DNA of 63,926 nucleotides, filler included, from Octopus bimaculoides (Eukaryota): assembly GCF_001194135.2 (NCBI RefSeq). It is 10 parts of 9 records of this genome, joined end to end, with 100 filler letters (N's around TTAATTAATTAA, not from the genome) between each part and the next. Parts side by side here need not be neighbours in the genome. Positions count along the whole stretch, not along the records: positions 1 to 17,442 come from NC_069003.1; positions 17,543 to 28,666 come from NC_069008.1; 8 more parts are not named here. The stretch is one strand, 5' to 3'. The stretch's first letter is position 1. Each line of letters opens with the position of its first letter. The notes under the pieces were generated by a model. That model was not told the origin of the DNA and did not search any database. It saw nothing but the letters and a program-made list of their open reading frames with translations. Made by a program: the position numbers and the translations under genes. Shown one piece after another: positions 12,480 to 25,243 of the stretch.

Positions 12480-12921
12480 TATGAACACAGTTTTAATTTC
12501 GTACTAAACTATGGCTGAACACAAATTTTTGTCGTCAGTGGGCAGAAAAAAGTAGGATGATGATGGTGGTTGTGATGATGATGATGATGATGATGATGAT
12601 GACAACGATGATAATGATCGCTATAAAAGTAAAAATAAGTAATGTACGATGTCAAAATAAAATATAGATAATGGGAAGATAAAATTTAGAAGATATAAAT
12701 CTATTATTAGGTGGATGGGAAAAATCACATTAAATGTAATATATATTGTGGCAAAAAATGTTTTACAACAAAGTTCGACGGCGTGAAAAAGAATTGGGGG
12801 CAAAAATCATACTGGAAATTGCCAACATAAACACCGATTTATTTAAAAGGAACTGGGATATTTCAAAAGGTCGATAAAATTTGGCGAATCTTAAAAGTGG
12901 CTATTTGTTTGGAATTGCTTG
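12408..12921. repeat. Perfect 72-bp inverted repeat (12408-12479 / 12850-12921) at the end of the Penelope ORF
   Basis: caagcaattccaaacaaatagccacttttaagattcgccaaattttatcgaccttttgaaatatcccagttc is identical to the reverse complement of 12850-12921, checked base by base. Confidence 0.95.
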
Positions 12922-13156
12922 TCCCCACCTCGAAAGCAAAAACTCCCTATGATGGTAACACGAACGAATTAATTAAACCATGTTACTAGCACATACAGTG
13001 CGTCGTAGTGTGGACGGTAGTGAGGGTGATGAAATAATGGTCACAAGATTTTTCACCAAAGTGTATTTGTGGATAACAAGACTACAGTTCATATAATTAG
13101 CTCTACCACATTTCACACTAACAGGAAGCGCAGAGGAGAATAGCAGAGCGCGTAGT

Positions 13157-13208
<52 letters not shown>

Positions 13209-14786
13209 TAATATGTGTGTGTAAGTACATATGTATATATAAGATGAGTGCATGTATGTATGTATGTATGTGTGTGTTCATATACTTACTGATAAGTAAT
13301 ATCGGAAATGTAACGCCATTAAATCTATATTTTAAAATGAATCTTACATTTCGTTTCGATGTTTCAGGAATAAAGTATTGATGCTGAGTCTCTAACAATA
13401 GAATATTTCTTCATTTTTAGCCGTTTAGCATGACAAATCAGATGAAAACTTCTATAGAACACATAAAACACTTTCTAGACGACTGCGTTTCAACCTCCTA
13501 CACGACTCCATACTCTTCTTCTCACTCTTTCTCATTTTCTTCATATTCTTGACATTTTCTATAAATTTATTTTGTTATTTCTCAGCATCAGAAAATTATG
13601 GCAGCTTTTCCATTGTTCGGTGGTGAAATATTTCTGGAAATTTTCTTCTGCATATGTCATATATATATATATAAACATACATACATACATACATACATTT
13701 GTACGCTTTCATTCGTTGGTGCGGCCATGCAGGGGCACCTTCTTGAAAGATTGCACTCTATCATATCGGTCCCTTGTTTTTAAGGTCCGATTCTAAATTT
13801 AGCAAAGCGTTAAGATATAGGATTTAAACAGAAAGCAACGTTTTAGAATTGGGATCAACGCGGAAACAGACACGAAGTTTTAAAAATAGCAAAGCAACTT
13901 AGCCGAACATTTCTTAAAGTTTCACAGACGAAGGCAACTACCTTCTTCACCAGATATCATGATTCAGAGAGGAGAGAAAAACTGGTTTCTAATTGAGAAT
14001 ATTGGGGATCCATCTTTGGTCAGGTGAGGTTACATAAGAATCTTTCTCTTCTCACTATCGCGTTAAGTTAATATCTATATGTTAATCCCTCTCCCCCACT
14101 CTATGTTGTTGTCTATTTAATTATTTTATGTGCGCGCGCGCGCGCGAATTTGTGTATGTATAGTATTTGTGGTGATATATAGTTGTGTCTGTGTTTTCAG
14201 GTATATAAATGATACAAACTATAAAATTTATCTCAGGGGAAATAACTGAAACAAGTCAATGGCATGACCTTGCTTAAATATGTTAATGAATTGATTCACT
14301 AAAGACTTTAAACTGTATCTGGTAGTGGAGCCATGGTTTTTCAGGAGTTCCAGAGTTCTGAAATGTGGAACCACCTCTTAGCCACCTTTGTTCTCAGTTC
14401 TACTCTGACCCGGAGTAGCAGCACCGGTCAAGGTCCCGGCTATGGGTTAACTAGCATATGTGGTGACAACTCAAGTGCGTGGACGCAGAAATACCCCAGC
14501 TTGCAGTCAAAGCGAGCAGTAAATCCACTGAGAGTGAGGAACTCCTAGCTGCTGTCACAGCATCCTTCTGGGAGAGGGGCACACCGACGTAAAACCTGCG
14601 ATTTCATGACGTTAATGGTAATTTCGTTTCAGCCTGTCATATGGCACTTATCACAGAAAGAGTGGTTGGTATTTAGGTTGTACAATTATTTATTACTATA
14701 ATCCAATGGCGTACAGATGTCTCTTTATAGTGACTTCATTCACATGTCACCTATACTTCAAACCAAGACCTGCAACAGGACTGAAT

Positions 14787-15125
14787 TGTCATCTGAGAGG
14801 TTACTATGGCGAGAATCATGACACCCCCTGTGAGAATGGACCAGCCGAACTCGTATAAGTAGCAGCGCTTTTGACTGAGAGCGTGAGATGAGAAATCGCA
14901 GGAAGTCGAAAGGTGTCGTTCGTGAGTTCGTGGAGTCGCAGGAAATTGTTGAGAAATTGTTATAGTTCGTTGAGAGTTGTTTTGGATTGGTTACGGTTAT
15001 TGGCAGAATATTTGGGAATACATCAAATGGAGACAGTTGATGCCTACCCCGTTCCGTGGTCCTATATAATATACTGTATTAGTGCAGGACACTAAGGCGA
15101 CATATACAGAAACCACGTTATAAAA
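14787..15125 (+). mobile_element. Probable 5' LTR of a Ty3/gypsy element
   Basis: Starts TGTC and is followed immediately by the PBS-like TGGTGACGAG (15127-15136) and the gag ORF. Shares CCCCCTG..GAGAATGGAC with the nested solo LTR. Confidence 0.5.
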
Positions 15126-15126
15126 G

Positions 15127-16330
15127 TGGTGACGAGTGATTCGAAGCTTACCTTGGTCATTAACAAATTTTATGATACCAAAAATTCGTTAACTATGGAA
15201 GACCTATTAGCTGACATATTACAGTTGCAAAAGCAACAGGAATTGCACCAACAACGACAATACAGTCAGTTGCTGGAACTGACGTTGAAGTCAAGAAACA
15301 CTACAAGTCAGTTTTCACCAGACGGCGTAGCGAATGCTATAACTGAAATTAGTTATAACCCAGAAGAGGGTATAACTTTTTCGGCGTACTTCAGAAAATA
15401 CGAAGAAATCTTCAAGGAAGAATGCAAATGTTGGACAGACGATAAAGCAGTGAGAGTACTCTTATGGAAACTAGGTCCTTCAGAACATTAAAAAATACTG
15501 TAATTTTATCTTGCCTAAAAAAAAACAAGTGAAATTTGTTTCGGGGAAACAATTGAATTGCATTCCAAAATGTTCTGCAATAAGAGTTTCCTGTTTAACA
15601 CTCGCTGGGGGTGTTTGAACTTAGTAAAAAAAGGAGACGAAGATTTTGTCAGTTATGCCTGAATCGTAAATAGAATGTGCGAAAATTTTGAACTTGTTAT
15701 ATCCTTATGGATAAACGAATACACTACAACAGTTTAATAATATAATCGAACCAAACAGCAGTAACCACACGGAACGTAACAATCTTTTAAGAATCAACAA
15801 TCCAACACACTAACTAGAACTGTAAACTTTGAACTATCAGCACACGAACTGTGGAACTAGCATGAACTACCTCACTTACTCAGACCTCTACTATTTATAT
15901 GTAGTGGTCCAGTCCATTCTCGCCAGGGGGCTTCATACTCTCACACAACAACACTGAAGGAATTATCTCCGGACATGTTTAAAGCCTCGTCTTTGTGCAA
16001 GGTTTGACGGCAAACAAAAATGCAGAAATACGTGCAAGGATTCTTACAAAACTAAAACAGGAGAACGAGAATTTAACCCTGCAGTCAGTAGCAGAGGGGT
16101 GTCAAAGAATTTTCAACTTGCGACAGAACGAAAAGAAAACTGAAGAAAAAATTTCTCTCAAGTACAGACATGTCGACCGTGAATAAATAAAGAAAAAAGA
16201 ATGTAACGACCAAATCCATGCTATGAGTGGAGGGAGGGTCTGCATTTTAAGAGAGACTGTCCATTTAAAACTCGAAAATGTTTTAGTTGTCAAACAATAG
16301 GATACAAAAGCTCGCATTGCATAATGAAGA
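15127..16330 (+). mobile_element. Ty3/gypsy (K02A2.6-like) gag pseudogene with zinc knuckle, interrupted by a solo LTR
   Basis: YNPEEGITFSAYFRKYEEIF...WTDDKAVRVLLWKLGPSEH, FVQGLTANKNAEIRARILTKL...LTLQSVAE, and a terminal CFSCQTIGYKSSHC CCHC-type motif. No pol is seen. Confidence 0.85.
15695..15953 (-). mobile_element. Solo LTR inserted antisense inside gag
   Basis: A 259-bp insert with TGTT...AACA ends. Removing it, with one copy of the flanking CT, restores GAA AAT TTT GAA CTG AAG GAA TTA TCT CCG GAC ATG TTT AAA (ENFELKELSPDMFK). Confidence 0.75.
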
Positions 16331-16439
16331 AATAAAGGTCGGAAAAAAATTCTTCTAAAAGGGTTTGTTCAACGGAAAGTCGTGATGACGACCCCCTTTT
16401 CCTCTAAGCTTTCCTTTCTTTATACAATTATCAGTTTTA

Positions 16440-16625
16440 ATGACGCCGAACTTCACATGTTTCAACAATGGCTCCGCGGTATTTTTTTACATACCATCAT
16501 AAATTGTTTTCCTCTGCTCCGATACAACCCTGGCAACTGATCAAACCTCTCCCACCCTTTCTTCTGGACAAGTACAACTTATCTGTGTCATTCTTGGGAT
16601 GGAAGGTTCCGTGCACTGTCAATAT
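16440..16625 (-). mobile_element. R4/Dong-clade (RLE-type) non-LTR retrotransposon fragment
   Basis: The minus frame gives ILTVHGTFHPKNDTDKLYLSRRKGGRGLISCQGCIGAEENNL*WYVK, matching the post-RT motif HPKSDVDRLYL.RK.GGRGL. Confidence 0.75.
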
Positions 16626-16681
16626 TTTTCTTTTCTTCGTATCCACGTTCATCAGTTTTTGTTCTTTTTCTTCTTCTTCTG

Positions 16682-16716
<35 letters not shown>

Positions 16717-17442
16717 CTTTTCTGTTCCTGTTACTATTATTTTTAATATTAGTATTATCATAATTAATATTATTAATAGCAGTAGTACTATTGCTCTCAG
16801 TAGTACTCATTGCTCTCATATTATTATTGTTGCGGTCGTTCTTATTGTTTTTACTATCATCCTTCCTTTCCTCTTTCTTATTTTCTTTTTTATATCACTA
16901 GATATTTATGATTCTACACCAAAATTACTAATCACTTGTCTATGGAAATTTGATACAGGCAACTGTGGGTGGGGGTCTTATTATTATCCACATCAACCTT
17001 CTACTCTCTATTCGTTTTTTCCTTTCACTTTCTTCTTCTCCCCTTTTTCTACTTGTTGTTGTTCTTCTTCTTCTCGTTTTTTCCTTCCTCTTCTGCTGCT
17101 TCTTCCATCCCAAGCCATACTTTTATCTACTTTGGTATTGGTCTTTTAGCCGTCTATTTGCATTTTCATCTTTATTTACTTTTTGTCTCTTCCTTGATAC
17201 AAGCAAAACACAAGATCTGGCAGACGCACAATATAAGAGCGCGCCTTTAATGCAGATCTAATGCTTGTGCGTGTGTGTGTGCGTGAGTGTGCGTCTATGT
17301 GTGTGTGTGTGTGTATGCATGTGTATGTATATGTATATATATATATATATATATATAGATAGATATGCAGGGCAGGGAATCATCAATTAGTAATAAAATT
17401 AATAATTAACAAGAATTGTTAATTATTAATTTTATTACTAAT

Positions 17443-17542
17443 NNNNNNNNNNNNNNNNNNNNNNNNNNNNNNNNNNNNNNNNNNNNTTAATTAATTAANN
17501 NNNNNNNNNNNNNNNNNNNNNNNNNNNNNNNNNNNNNNNNNN
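17443..17542. other. Assembly gap with artificial TTAATTAATTAA linker (N44-linker-N44); nine such gaps in the window
   Basis: The identical 12-mer lies within N runs at 17487, 28711, 31314, 33715, 37596, 41177, 49462, 58974 and 61370. Confidence 0.97.
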
Positions 17543-18600
17543 GTGTATGAACTGCCATGCTACATGGCATTGAAACATGGGTCGTGACTGCTGAGGATAT
17601 GCATAAGCTCACAAGAAACGAAGCCAGTATGCTCCAATGGATGTGAAATGTCAGTCTGCATACTCAACAGAGTGTAAGTACCTTGAGAGAAAAGTTGGAC
17701 CTAAGAAGCATCAGTTGTGGTGTGCAAGAGAGACGATTGCGCTGGTATGGTCATGTGATGAGAATGGATGAGGATAGCTGTGTGAAAAAGTGCCACACCC
17801 TAGCGGTTGAGGGAACCTGTGGAAAAGGTAGACCCAGGAAGACCTGGGATGGGGTGGTGAGGCACGACCTTTGAACATTAGGCCCCACCGAGGCAATGAC
17901 TAGTGACCGGGATCTTTGGAAATATGCAGTGCGTGAGAAGACCCGGCTAGCCAAGTGAGACCATAATCCGTGGCCTCTGCCAGAAGTGTAACCAGCTCAC
18001 TTATTCATATCTTTACTTCATCGGACACAAAATTCTGCTTGCGAAGACTTGTTGAGGCAAGTGAAATTGAAATCGAAATCAAACCAAATTCGATGACTGG
18101 CACCCATGCCAACTCTCCTTCATTGGACACTAAACTAACTAGGCTTAAGAAGACCTGTTGGGGCAAGTGAAATTGAAATCGAAATTGTAATTGAACCATA
18201 TTTGATGACTAGCACATGTGCCAGTGGAGCACTAACAGCACCATCCGAGCGTGATCACTGCCAGAGCAGCTGTCTGGCTTCCATGCCAGTGGCACGTAAA
18301 TAGCACCATTTGAGCGTGACCATTTCCAGCATTGCCCTACTGGCACTTGTGCCGGTGGCACGTTAGAAAACATTGGAGCGTGGCTGTTGCCAGTACTGCC
18401 TGACTGGCCCTCATGCTGGTAGCACGTAAAAGCACCCTCTACACCCTCGGAGTGGTTGGCGTTAGGAAGGGCATCCAGCTGTAGAAACTCTGCCAAATCA
18501 GATTGGAGCCTGGTGCAACCATCCGGTTCACCAGTCCTCAGTCAAATCGTCCAACCCATGCTAGCATGAAAAGCAGATGTTAAACGATGATGATGATGTT
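17543..18600 (+). mobile_element. RTE-clade LINE 3' end (RT C-terminus plus ~640-bp 3' UTR with internal duplications and (GAT)n tail)
   Basis: RRLRWYGHVMRMDEDSCVKKC...GRPRKTW, followed by a 3' UTR ending ccaacccatgctagcatgaaaagcagatgttaaacgatgatgatgat. Same family as 61426-62216. Confidence 0.92.
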
Positions 18601-18634
18601 GATATATATATTATATACATATTATATATTTATA

Positions 18635-18668
<34 letters not shown>

Positions 18669-19234
18669 NNNNNNNNNNNNNNNNNNNNNNNNNNNNNNNN
18701 NNNNNNNNNNNNNNNNNNNNNNNNNNNNNNNNNNNNNNNNNNNNNNNNNNNNNNNNNNNNNNNNNNNNNNNNNNNNNNNNNNNNNNNNNNNNNNNNNNNN
18801 NNNNNNNNNNNNNNNNNNNNNNNNNNNNNNNNNNNNNNNNNNNNNNNNNNNNNNNNNNNNNNNNNNNNNNNNNNNNNNNNNNNNNNNNNNNNNNNNNNNN
18901 NNNNNNNNNNNNNNNNNNNNNNNNNNNNNNNNNNNNNNNNNNNNNNNNNNNNNNNNNNNNNNNNNNNNNNNNNNNNNNNNNNNNNNNNNNNNNNNNNNNN
19001 NNNNNNNNNNNNNNNNNNNNNNNNNNNNNNNNNNNNNNNNNNNNNNNNNNNNNNNNNNNNNNNNNNNNNNNNNNNNNNNNNNNNNNNNNNNNNNNNNNNN
19101 NNNNNNNNNNNNNNNNNNNNNNNNNNNNNNNNNNNNNNNNNNNNNNNNNNNNNNNNNNNNNNNNNNNNNNNNNNNNNNNNNNNNNNNNNNNNNNNNNNNN
19201 NNNNNNNNNNNNNNNNNNNNNNNNNNNNNNNNNN

Positions 19235-19275
<41 letters not shown>

Positions 19276-19876
19276 TATATATATACATATATTATATATT
19301 TATATATATATATATATTATATATATATAATATATAATACATATATGGCCATAGGTGTGTCTAACTTGATTTTGTGGACCTCTATTTCCTCCTGGACTCT
19401 AACCTATGATGGTTTTTATGAATTGAACTTTTTTGACGTACACTTTTGTTTGAAGGGAGTAAGAAAATTTTTTTAGTTGATTGATAATTTATTTTATTTT
19501 AATTAGATTTTAAGTAGCATGTCACACTTAAGAATTTTTAGTCAATTGTATTTACCTTTTTGATAGGCTGTTCTATATATCTGTATTTTTATTCGCATAT
19601 ATATTTTTACCTTCTGTGTTTTTTGTATATGTATACTTTATATGTTTAAGGAACATGGTAATATTTGTATACGATCAAATGTTTGGAGGTAGGGTGCTAT
19701 ATATAAAGTCATTGACTCGAATTTGATATTTGTCCTATGATCAATGTTTCTTTATCTCTGTCTCAATTACATCTGAGCACTTCTTTTTTGCAGTCCTATA
19801 AACCCCTTTGTTGCCAGAAAAAGAAATATATATACATACATACATACATACATACATACATACATACATACATACA

Positions 19877-19952
<76 letters not shown>

Positions 19953-19965
19953 TATATAAAAACAT

Positions 19966-20245
19966 TGATTTTTCAGAATGAGATAAAAAACCAAGGGTGT
20001 GAAGATTCTAGAACATTTATAAATAGAAGGTCTTACAGCTATTTCCAGGATATTCATTATATCCCTTTATGGGAGATGGTGTGAGAAAATAGTTAAGCAA
20101 TAGTTAAGTTAGATAAGCATTTTCTCACACCGTCTCCGATGAAGGGATATAATAAATATCCTGGAAACAGCTGTAAGACCTTCTATTTATAAATGTTCTA
20201 AAATCTTCACAACCTTGGTTTTTTATCTCATTATGAAAAAATAAA
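19966..20245. ncRNA. ~120-bp-arm palindrome made of two inverted copies of a hammerhead-bearing pLTR-like unit
   Basis: Arms ~19966-20088 and ~20119-20245 are reverse complements with few mismatches. Right arm: gtct CCGATGA a gggatat-aataa-atatcct g GAAA c-agct-g TA agac. Confidence 0.65.
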
Positions 20246-20397
20246 TTTTATATATATACACGCTGATATATGACCTACGTTGGACCCCTTATTTGCATAA
20301 TCACCGGACCTGGAGCTTAACTGTGGTCTATCCATAGCATTTACTCAGCATTACCTGATACCTTGTGGGTCTTACTGACACCATTACCTCTCATAAC

Positions 20398-20452
<55 letters not shown>

Positions 20453-20489
20453 GTTCAAAAAAACAATAACAAAAAAACAAAAAAACAAC

Positions 20490-20720
20490 AAAGTGAGGAC
20501 GTGATATGGATAGTATTATTGGACGCTCAGGAAAGGAAAGAGAGAGTGTACGACGTTTCGGGCGTAGCCCTTCGTCGGAAAGATGGAAAGTTCGGAGAAT
20601 GGAAGAACGGAGAAAGAGGAAAATGGTACCGATGCCCACGAGGTTACATGATGAAAAGACCGGAAGAGGAGGTGGTGGGGGAAAAGTTCTTTCTAAGATA
20701 GGAGAGTGAAAAAGGGAGAT
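20490..20720 (-). mobile_element. ~230-bp non-coding repeat with minimal hammerhead-like motif (pLTR/retrozyme-like)
   Basis: Minus strand: ttt CCGACGA A GGGC-tac-GCCC GAAA CG TC. The flanks are homologous to 21880-22110. Confidence 0.65.
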
Positions 20721-21879
20721 GATATATATGTATATATTACGGAGATGTACTTGCATAGCAAGTAACTTGGTCTGAGATCATGTGCTGAAACAAAAACAAT
20801 TGCAGCATGGAAGGTGTTTATAAGCCATTTAAAAGCACAAAAAAAAAAACCATTAGATTCATTTCAGCATTTAAATTTAATTTGTGTCAAAATATTTTCG
20901 TCACTTTGAAACTGTGACTTGTTCACTGACAAAATTCCATGCTGCATCCTCTTCAATTCCAATCTCTAATCATCTGTCACATTCTTTTCACTAATAGTGC
21001 ACTTACCTACTCACCCACCTTTTGTGTTTTTCTGTCCCAATGTTTCTATTTTTCTTGGAAATCCACTCGCAAGACGCTGGAAAGAGCAGATTAGTCAACA
21101 AGATATTTTTTAATGTCTAATATTTGTCTGATGATATTCTACTCATAACTTATAAATGCAGATTTATTGCATAAATTTGTAGTTTATTGAATTAGTACAA
21201 ATTGAAACAATTGTAGGAATGAATGTTTAACAATTTACTAATAAATAATTATTAACCATTATCTCTCCAGATTCTTCTCTTAATTGAATATGGATTATAT
21301 GTGTGTGTGTCCTACACATACATGCGTATGCACATCCACACACACACACACATACACACGCACACACCCACACACACACCCACACACACACATACATGCA
21401 CACATACATGCACATACACATACACACACATACGTGCATAGGCGCGAAAAAACGCACATATACCTCCACACACAACCCCCTGTCTACACACACACACACA
21501 TACACACACACATCACATGCACACACACATACACATGCACATGTACAAACTAACTCACATACACACACATGCAAATGAACACACACAAATGAATCCACAC
21601 ATAACTCCCATACACACACAACAAACACTAACACATACACGCACCTAAGTATACATACATGGACTTACACACATACACACATACATGCACACACACACAC
21701 ACACAAATAACCCACATGCGATCCACAGAGCAAACCGCACACACATATACACACACACGTACATACACACATATATATACACATACACACACGCACACAC
21801 AGATACAGGCACACACTGCAAGAAAAACACTCACACAACATACACATACATGCACACACACATACATACCTCTCTCTCT

Positions 21880-22110
21880 TGCACTCTCCTGTCTTAGAAA
21901 GAACTTTTTCTTCACCCATTCCCTTCCGGTCATTCCACAATGTAACCTCGTGTATATCGTTGTCGATTTTTTCTTCCTCCGTCTTCCCTTCTTTGGACTT
22001 TCCTATATTTCTGACGAAGAGCTTCGCTCAAAATGTCAAATTCTCTTTCTTTCCTTTCCTGAGCATCGAGTGACACAATATCTGTATCACGTCCTCGCGT
22101 TGTTGTTTTT
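21880..22110 (+). mobile_element. Second copy of the hammerhead-bearing ~230-bp repeat
   Basis: attt CTGACGA A GAGC-ttc-GCTC AAAA TG TC aaat. The GAAA-to-AAAA and CG-to-TG changes fit CpG decay. Confidence 0.65.
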
Positions 22111-22141
22111 TGTTGTTTTTTTGTTGTTTTTCATGTTTGAA

Positions 22142-22186
<45 letters not shown>

Positions 22187-22250
22187 CACACACACATACA
22201 CATATATATATACATATATACACACACATATATATATACATACATAATAC

Positions 22251-22287
<37 letters not shown>

Positions 22288-22329
22288 CAGACATGCATAT
22301 GATGATTGCCACTTCTTTACAGAAGAAGG

Positions 22330-23732
22330 CCATCTCTTCAATGAATAAATATTGTCATGAGATTTTATATGACTAGCAAGTTCTGCTCTTGACAAATAAA
22401 CACTACTGCAGATCTTACAAATATTTTTAAGTAGAAAAGTTTCTGGGATTGTCTACGAAGTGCTCGTTTCAAGATAGATTGTTCCATTCTTTGAGCTTCA
22501 AATTCTTTACATCTATTGTAGATCATTTGTTTCCAGACCAATCGATCTTGTGTCATCTGCTCCCAATCTTCAACTGTCACATTAAGAGCCTTAAGGTTGC
22601 TTTAGACAGCATCCCTAAAACGTTTCTTAGGTTTATGTTGGGGATGTTTGCCACGTTGCAAGTCCCCGTAAAACAACTGCTTTTGTAACCTATCATCCTG
22701 CATCCTAGCAGAGTGCCCAACCCAACGCATCTGATTGTGTATGAGGATCATTTCAATACTGGATGTGTTAGCTTGCTGAAGAACAATGATATCTGGTGTT
22801 AAAGACTCCCATTTAATGTCTAGTATCCTCCTTAGGCAAATCTGATGGAATCTTTCTAAAGCCTTGATGTGGCACTGATATGTCGTCCAGGTTGCAGAAG
22901 AGTACAGGTGGACTGATAAAATGCAAGATTCATAGGTATGAAGCTTAGTTTTGAAGATGATACCTTTATCAGACCATACACGATTTTCAAGCCTTCCAAA
23001 TGCTTTGCTGGCTTTTTCAATTCTTAGGTTTATTTCAGAATCAAGGGATCCATCTGTAGAGAAAGTGATGCCAAGGTAGATGAACTAGTCAACCACATCT
23101 AATCTTGTACCTTGGACAAAGATATTCCACATAAGGTTATGTTCCACATAAGGTTGGTCTGGTGGCTGAGAGAACTTGATCTTTGTTTTCTTTAGAATGA
23201 TGGTAAGTCCAAAAGCAATACAAGCTCTAGAGAAGAGATCCAATATAGCCTGCATGTCCTCCTCAGTCTGAGCAATGAGAACTATATCGTCAGCATAAAG
23301 GAACTCATGAACAAGGGCCTGGAATGTCTTCAACTTTGCATCAAAGTGTTTAATGTCAAATACCTTACCTGTGGTTCTGAAGTGAATATAAACGCCAATA
23401 TCACAGTCTTGGAAAGCGTGCAAGATAGTTACAGCAAAATATATGGAAAAAAGTGTTGGAGCAGCAATATCAGCCTGTTTAACTCCATTATTGATGGAAA
23501 TTGGTTCCGATTGTGACTTATTGAAGTTAAGATGAGCTTTCACATCACTATGAAGTTACTTAAACAAGTTGACAAATTGAGGTGGACATCCAAGTTTACC
23601 AAGAATGGTCCAGAGAATGGTCCTATTAACAGTGTCGAAGGCTTTTGTTAAATCGACAAATACTTGGTAAAGAGCTATGCAATGTTCAATGCATTTCTCC
23701 TGGAGTTGATGAGCAGAAAAAATCATGTCCAC
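22330..23732 (-). mobile_element. RTE-BovB-like LINE remnant (RT domain to C-terminal zinc finger), degraded
   Basis: DMIFSAHQLQEKC..., FVDLTKAFDTVNR, NGVKQADIAAPTLFSIYF, FLYADD, WEQMTQDRLVW and SRAELASHIKSH. Confidence 0.92.
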
Positions 23733-23756
23733 GTATGTGTGTATGTGTGTGTCTAT

Positions 23757-23970
23757 GTGTGTGTGTCTTTGTGTCTGTGTTTGTCCCCCCAATGTTGGTG
23801 TCTTTATGTCCCCATAACTTAGAGGTTTGCCAAAGGAGACCAATAGAATACGTACTAGGCTTACAAAGAATAAGTCCTGGGATCGATTTCTCCAACTAAA
23901 ACATCCTTTAAGGTGATGTTCCAGCATAGCCACAGTCGAATACCTGAAACAACTAAAAGAATAAAAGAAT
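23757..23970 (+). mobile_element. SINE family A, 3' half
   Basis: gtgtctgtgtttgtcccc...aagaataagtcctggg...ccagcatagccacagtc. Confidence 0.85.
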
Positions 23971-24249
23971 ATTTTTTATGATTACATATTATTAGGAATC
24001 GTATTGTAGAAGTATAGCCAATCTATTGCAGATAAATTTTAACAACAAAATCTTATATGAACCGCCAAGGGCCATATGGACCCCATTTGAGAACCACTGC
24101 ACTATCCCTGTTGTTTTTCTATTCACCTTGTAACTTGACTTCAGCTCTCTCTTTCCAAGTGAAGAAGCTATGTATTTATCTCCTCAGTAAAATACCAGCT
24201 TCTATTCCTCTATCATACTCTCATATACATCAATCCCATAACCTATTCA

Positions 24250-24495
24250 GTTGAGGTGGTTGGGGAGAGCCTTGTCTTGCAAGTACTTGATGACCTCACC
24301 TGTGCAGGTGTCATGAGAAAGGCACTAAGTACACTCTGTAAAGTGGGTCATGTTAGGAAAGACATCCAACTGCAGAAATGGCACCAAGGCAGACATTGCA
24401 GCTCAGCGCAGCCCTTTGGATCACCAGTTCCTGACAAACCTTCCAACCCATGCCAGCATGGAAAAAGGAGCATTAAATGATGGCAATGATGATAT
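24250..24495 (+). mobile_element. Short repeat (SINE-like) sharing its 3' tail with the RTE LINE at 17543-18600
   Basis: gttaggaaagacatccaactg...ccaacccatgccagcatggaaa...aaatgatggcaatgatgat aligns with 18460-18598. Confidence 0.7.
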
Positions 24496-24844
24496 CTGTA
24501 TACAATGTGCTTGTGTACATATGTGCGTGTATGTGTGTGCATGTATATATCAGTAAATATGTATACATATATTTTGTCTGTTTGCCTTTACATCTGCTTT
24601 TTCCATGCTTAACATGAGTTGTACAAATACTACATTGAAGCACTGTTTTGTAGCTTGACACCCTTCATGACGCCAACTCTTACCTGTTTTTCAAATAAGG
24701 AATCTCAAATTCCACTTGGCTTCAAAAGTACAAAGCAAGAAAATGATTTACTGATAGCAGAAATGCCATCAGAACACCATAAGAATGTTGTGACTTTCAA
24801 GTAAGCGAGCAGTAGTTATAAACAAGCAAGCATGCATGCAAACA

Positions 24845-24855
24845 TACATACATAT

Positions 24856-24898
<43 letters not shown>

Positions 24899-24925
24899 CA
24901 TACAGACATATATACATATACATAA

Positions 24926-24963
<38 letters not shown>

Positions 24964-25243
24964 ACACACATATATACATACACACATATATACATATACA
25001 TAAACACACACACACATATATATATATACATGCACACATATATACATATACATAAACACACACACACATATATATGTATATATATACATACACACATATA
25101 TACATATACATAAACACACACACACACATATATATATACATACACACATATATACATATACATAAACACACACACACATATATATATATACATACATGCA
25201 TATATACATATACATAAACACACACACACACACACATATATAT
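24845..25243. repeat. Higher-order CA/TA minisatellite (unit containing catatacataaacacacac), truncated by gap
   Basis: The motif tacatatacataaacacacacaca recurs about 7 times. Confidence 0.85.
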
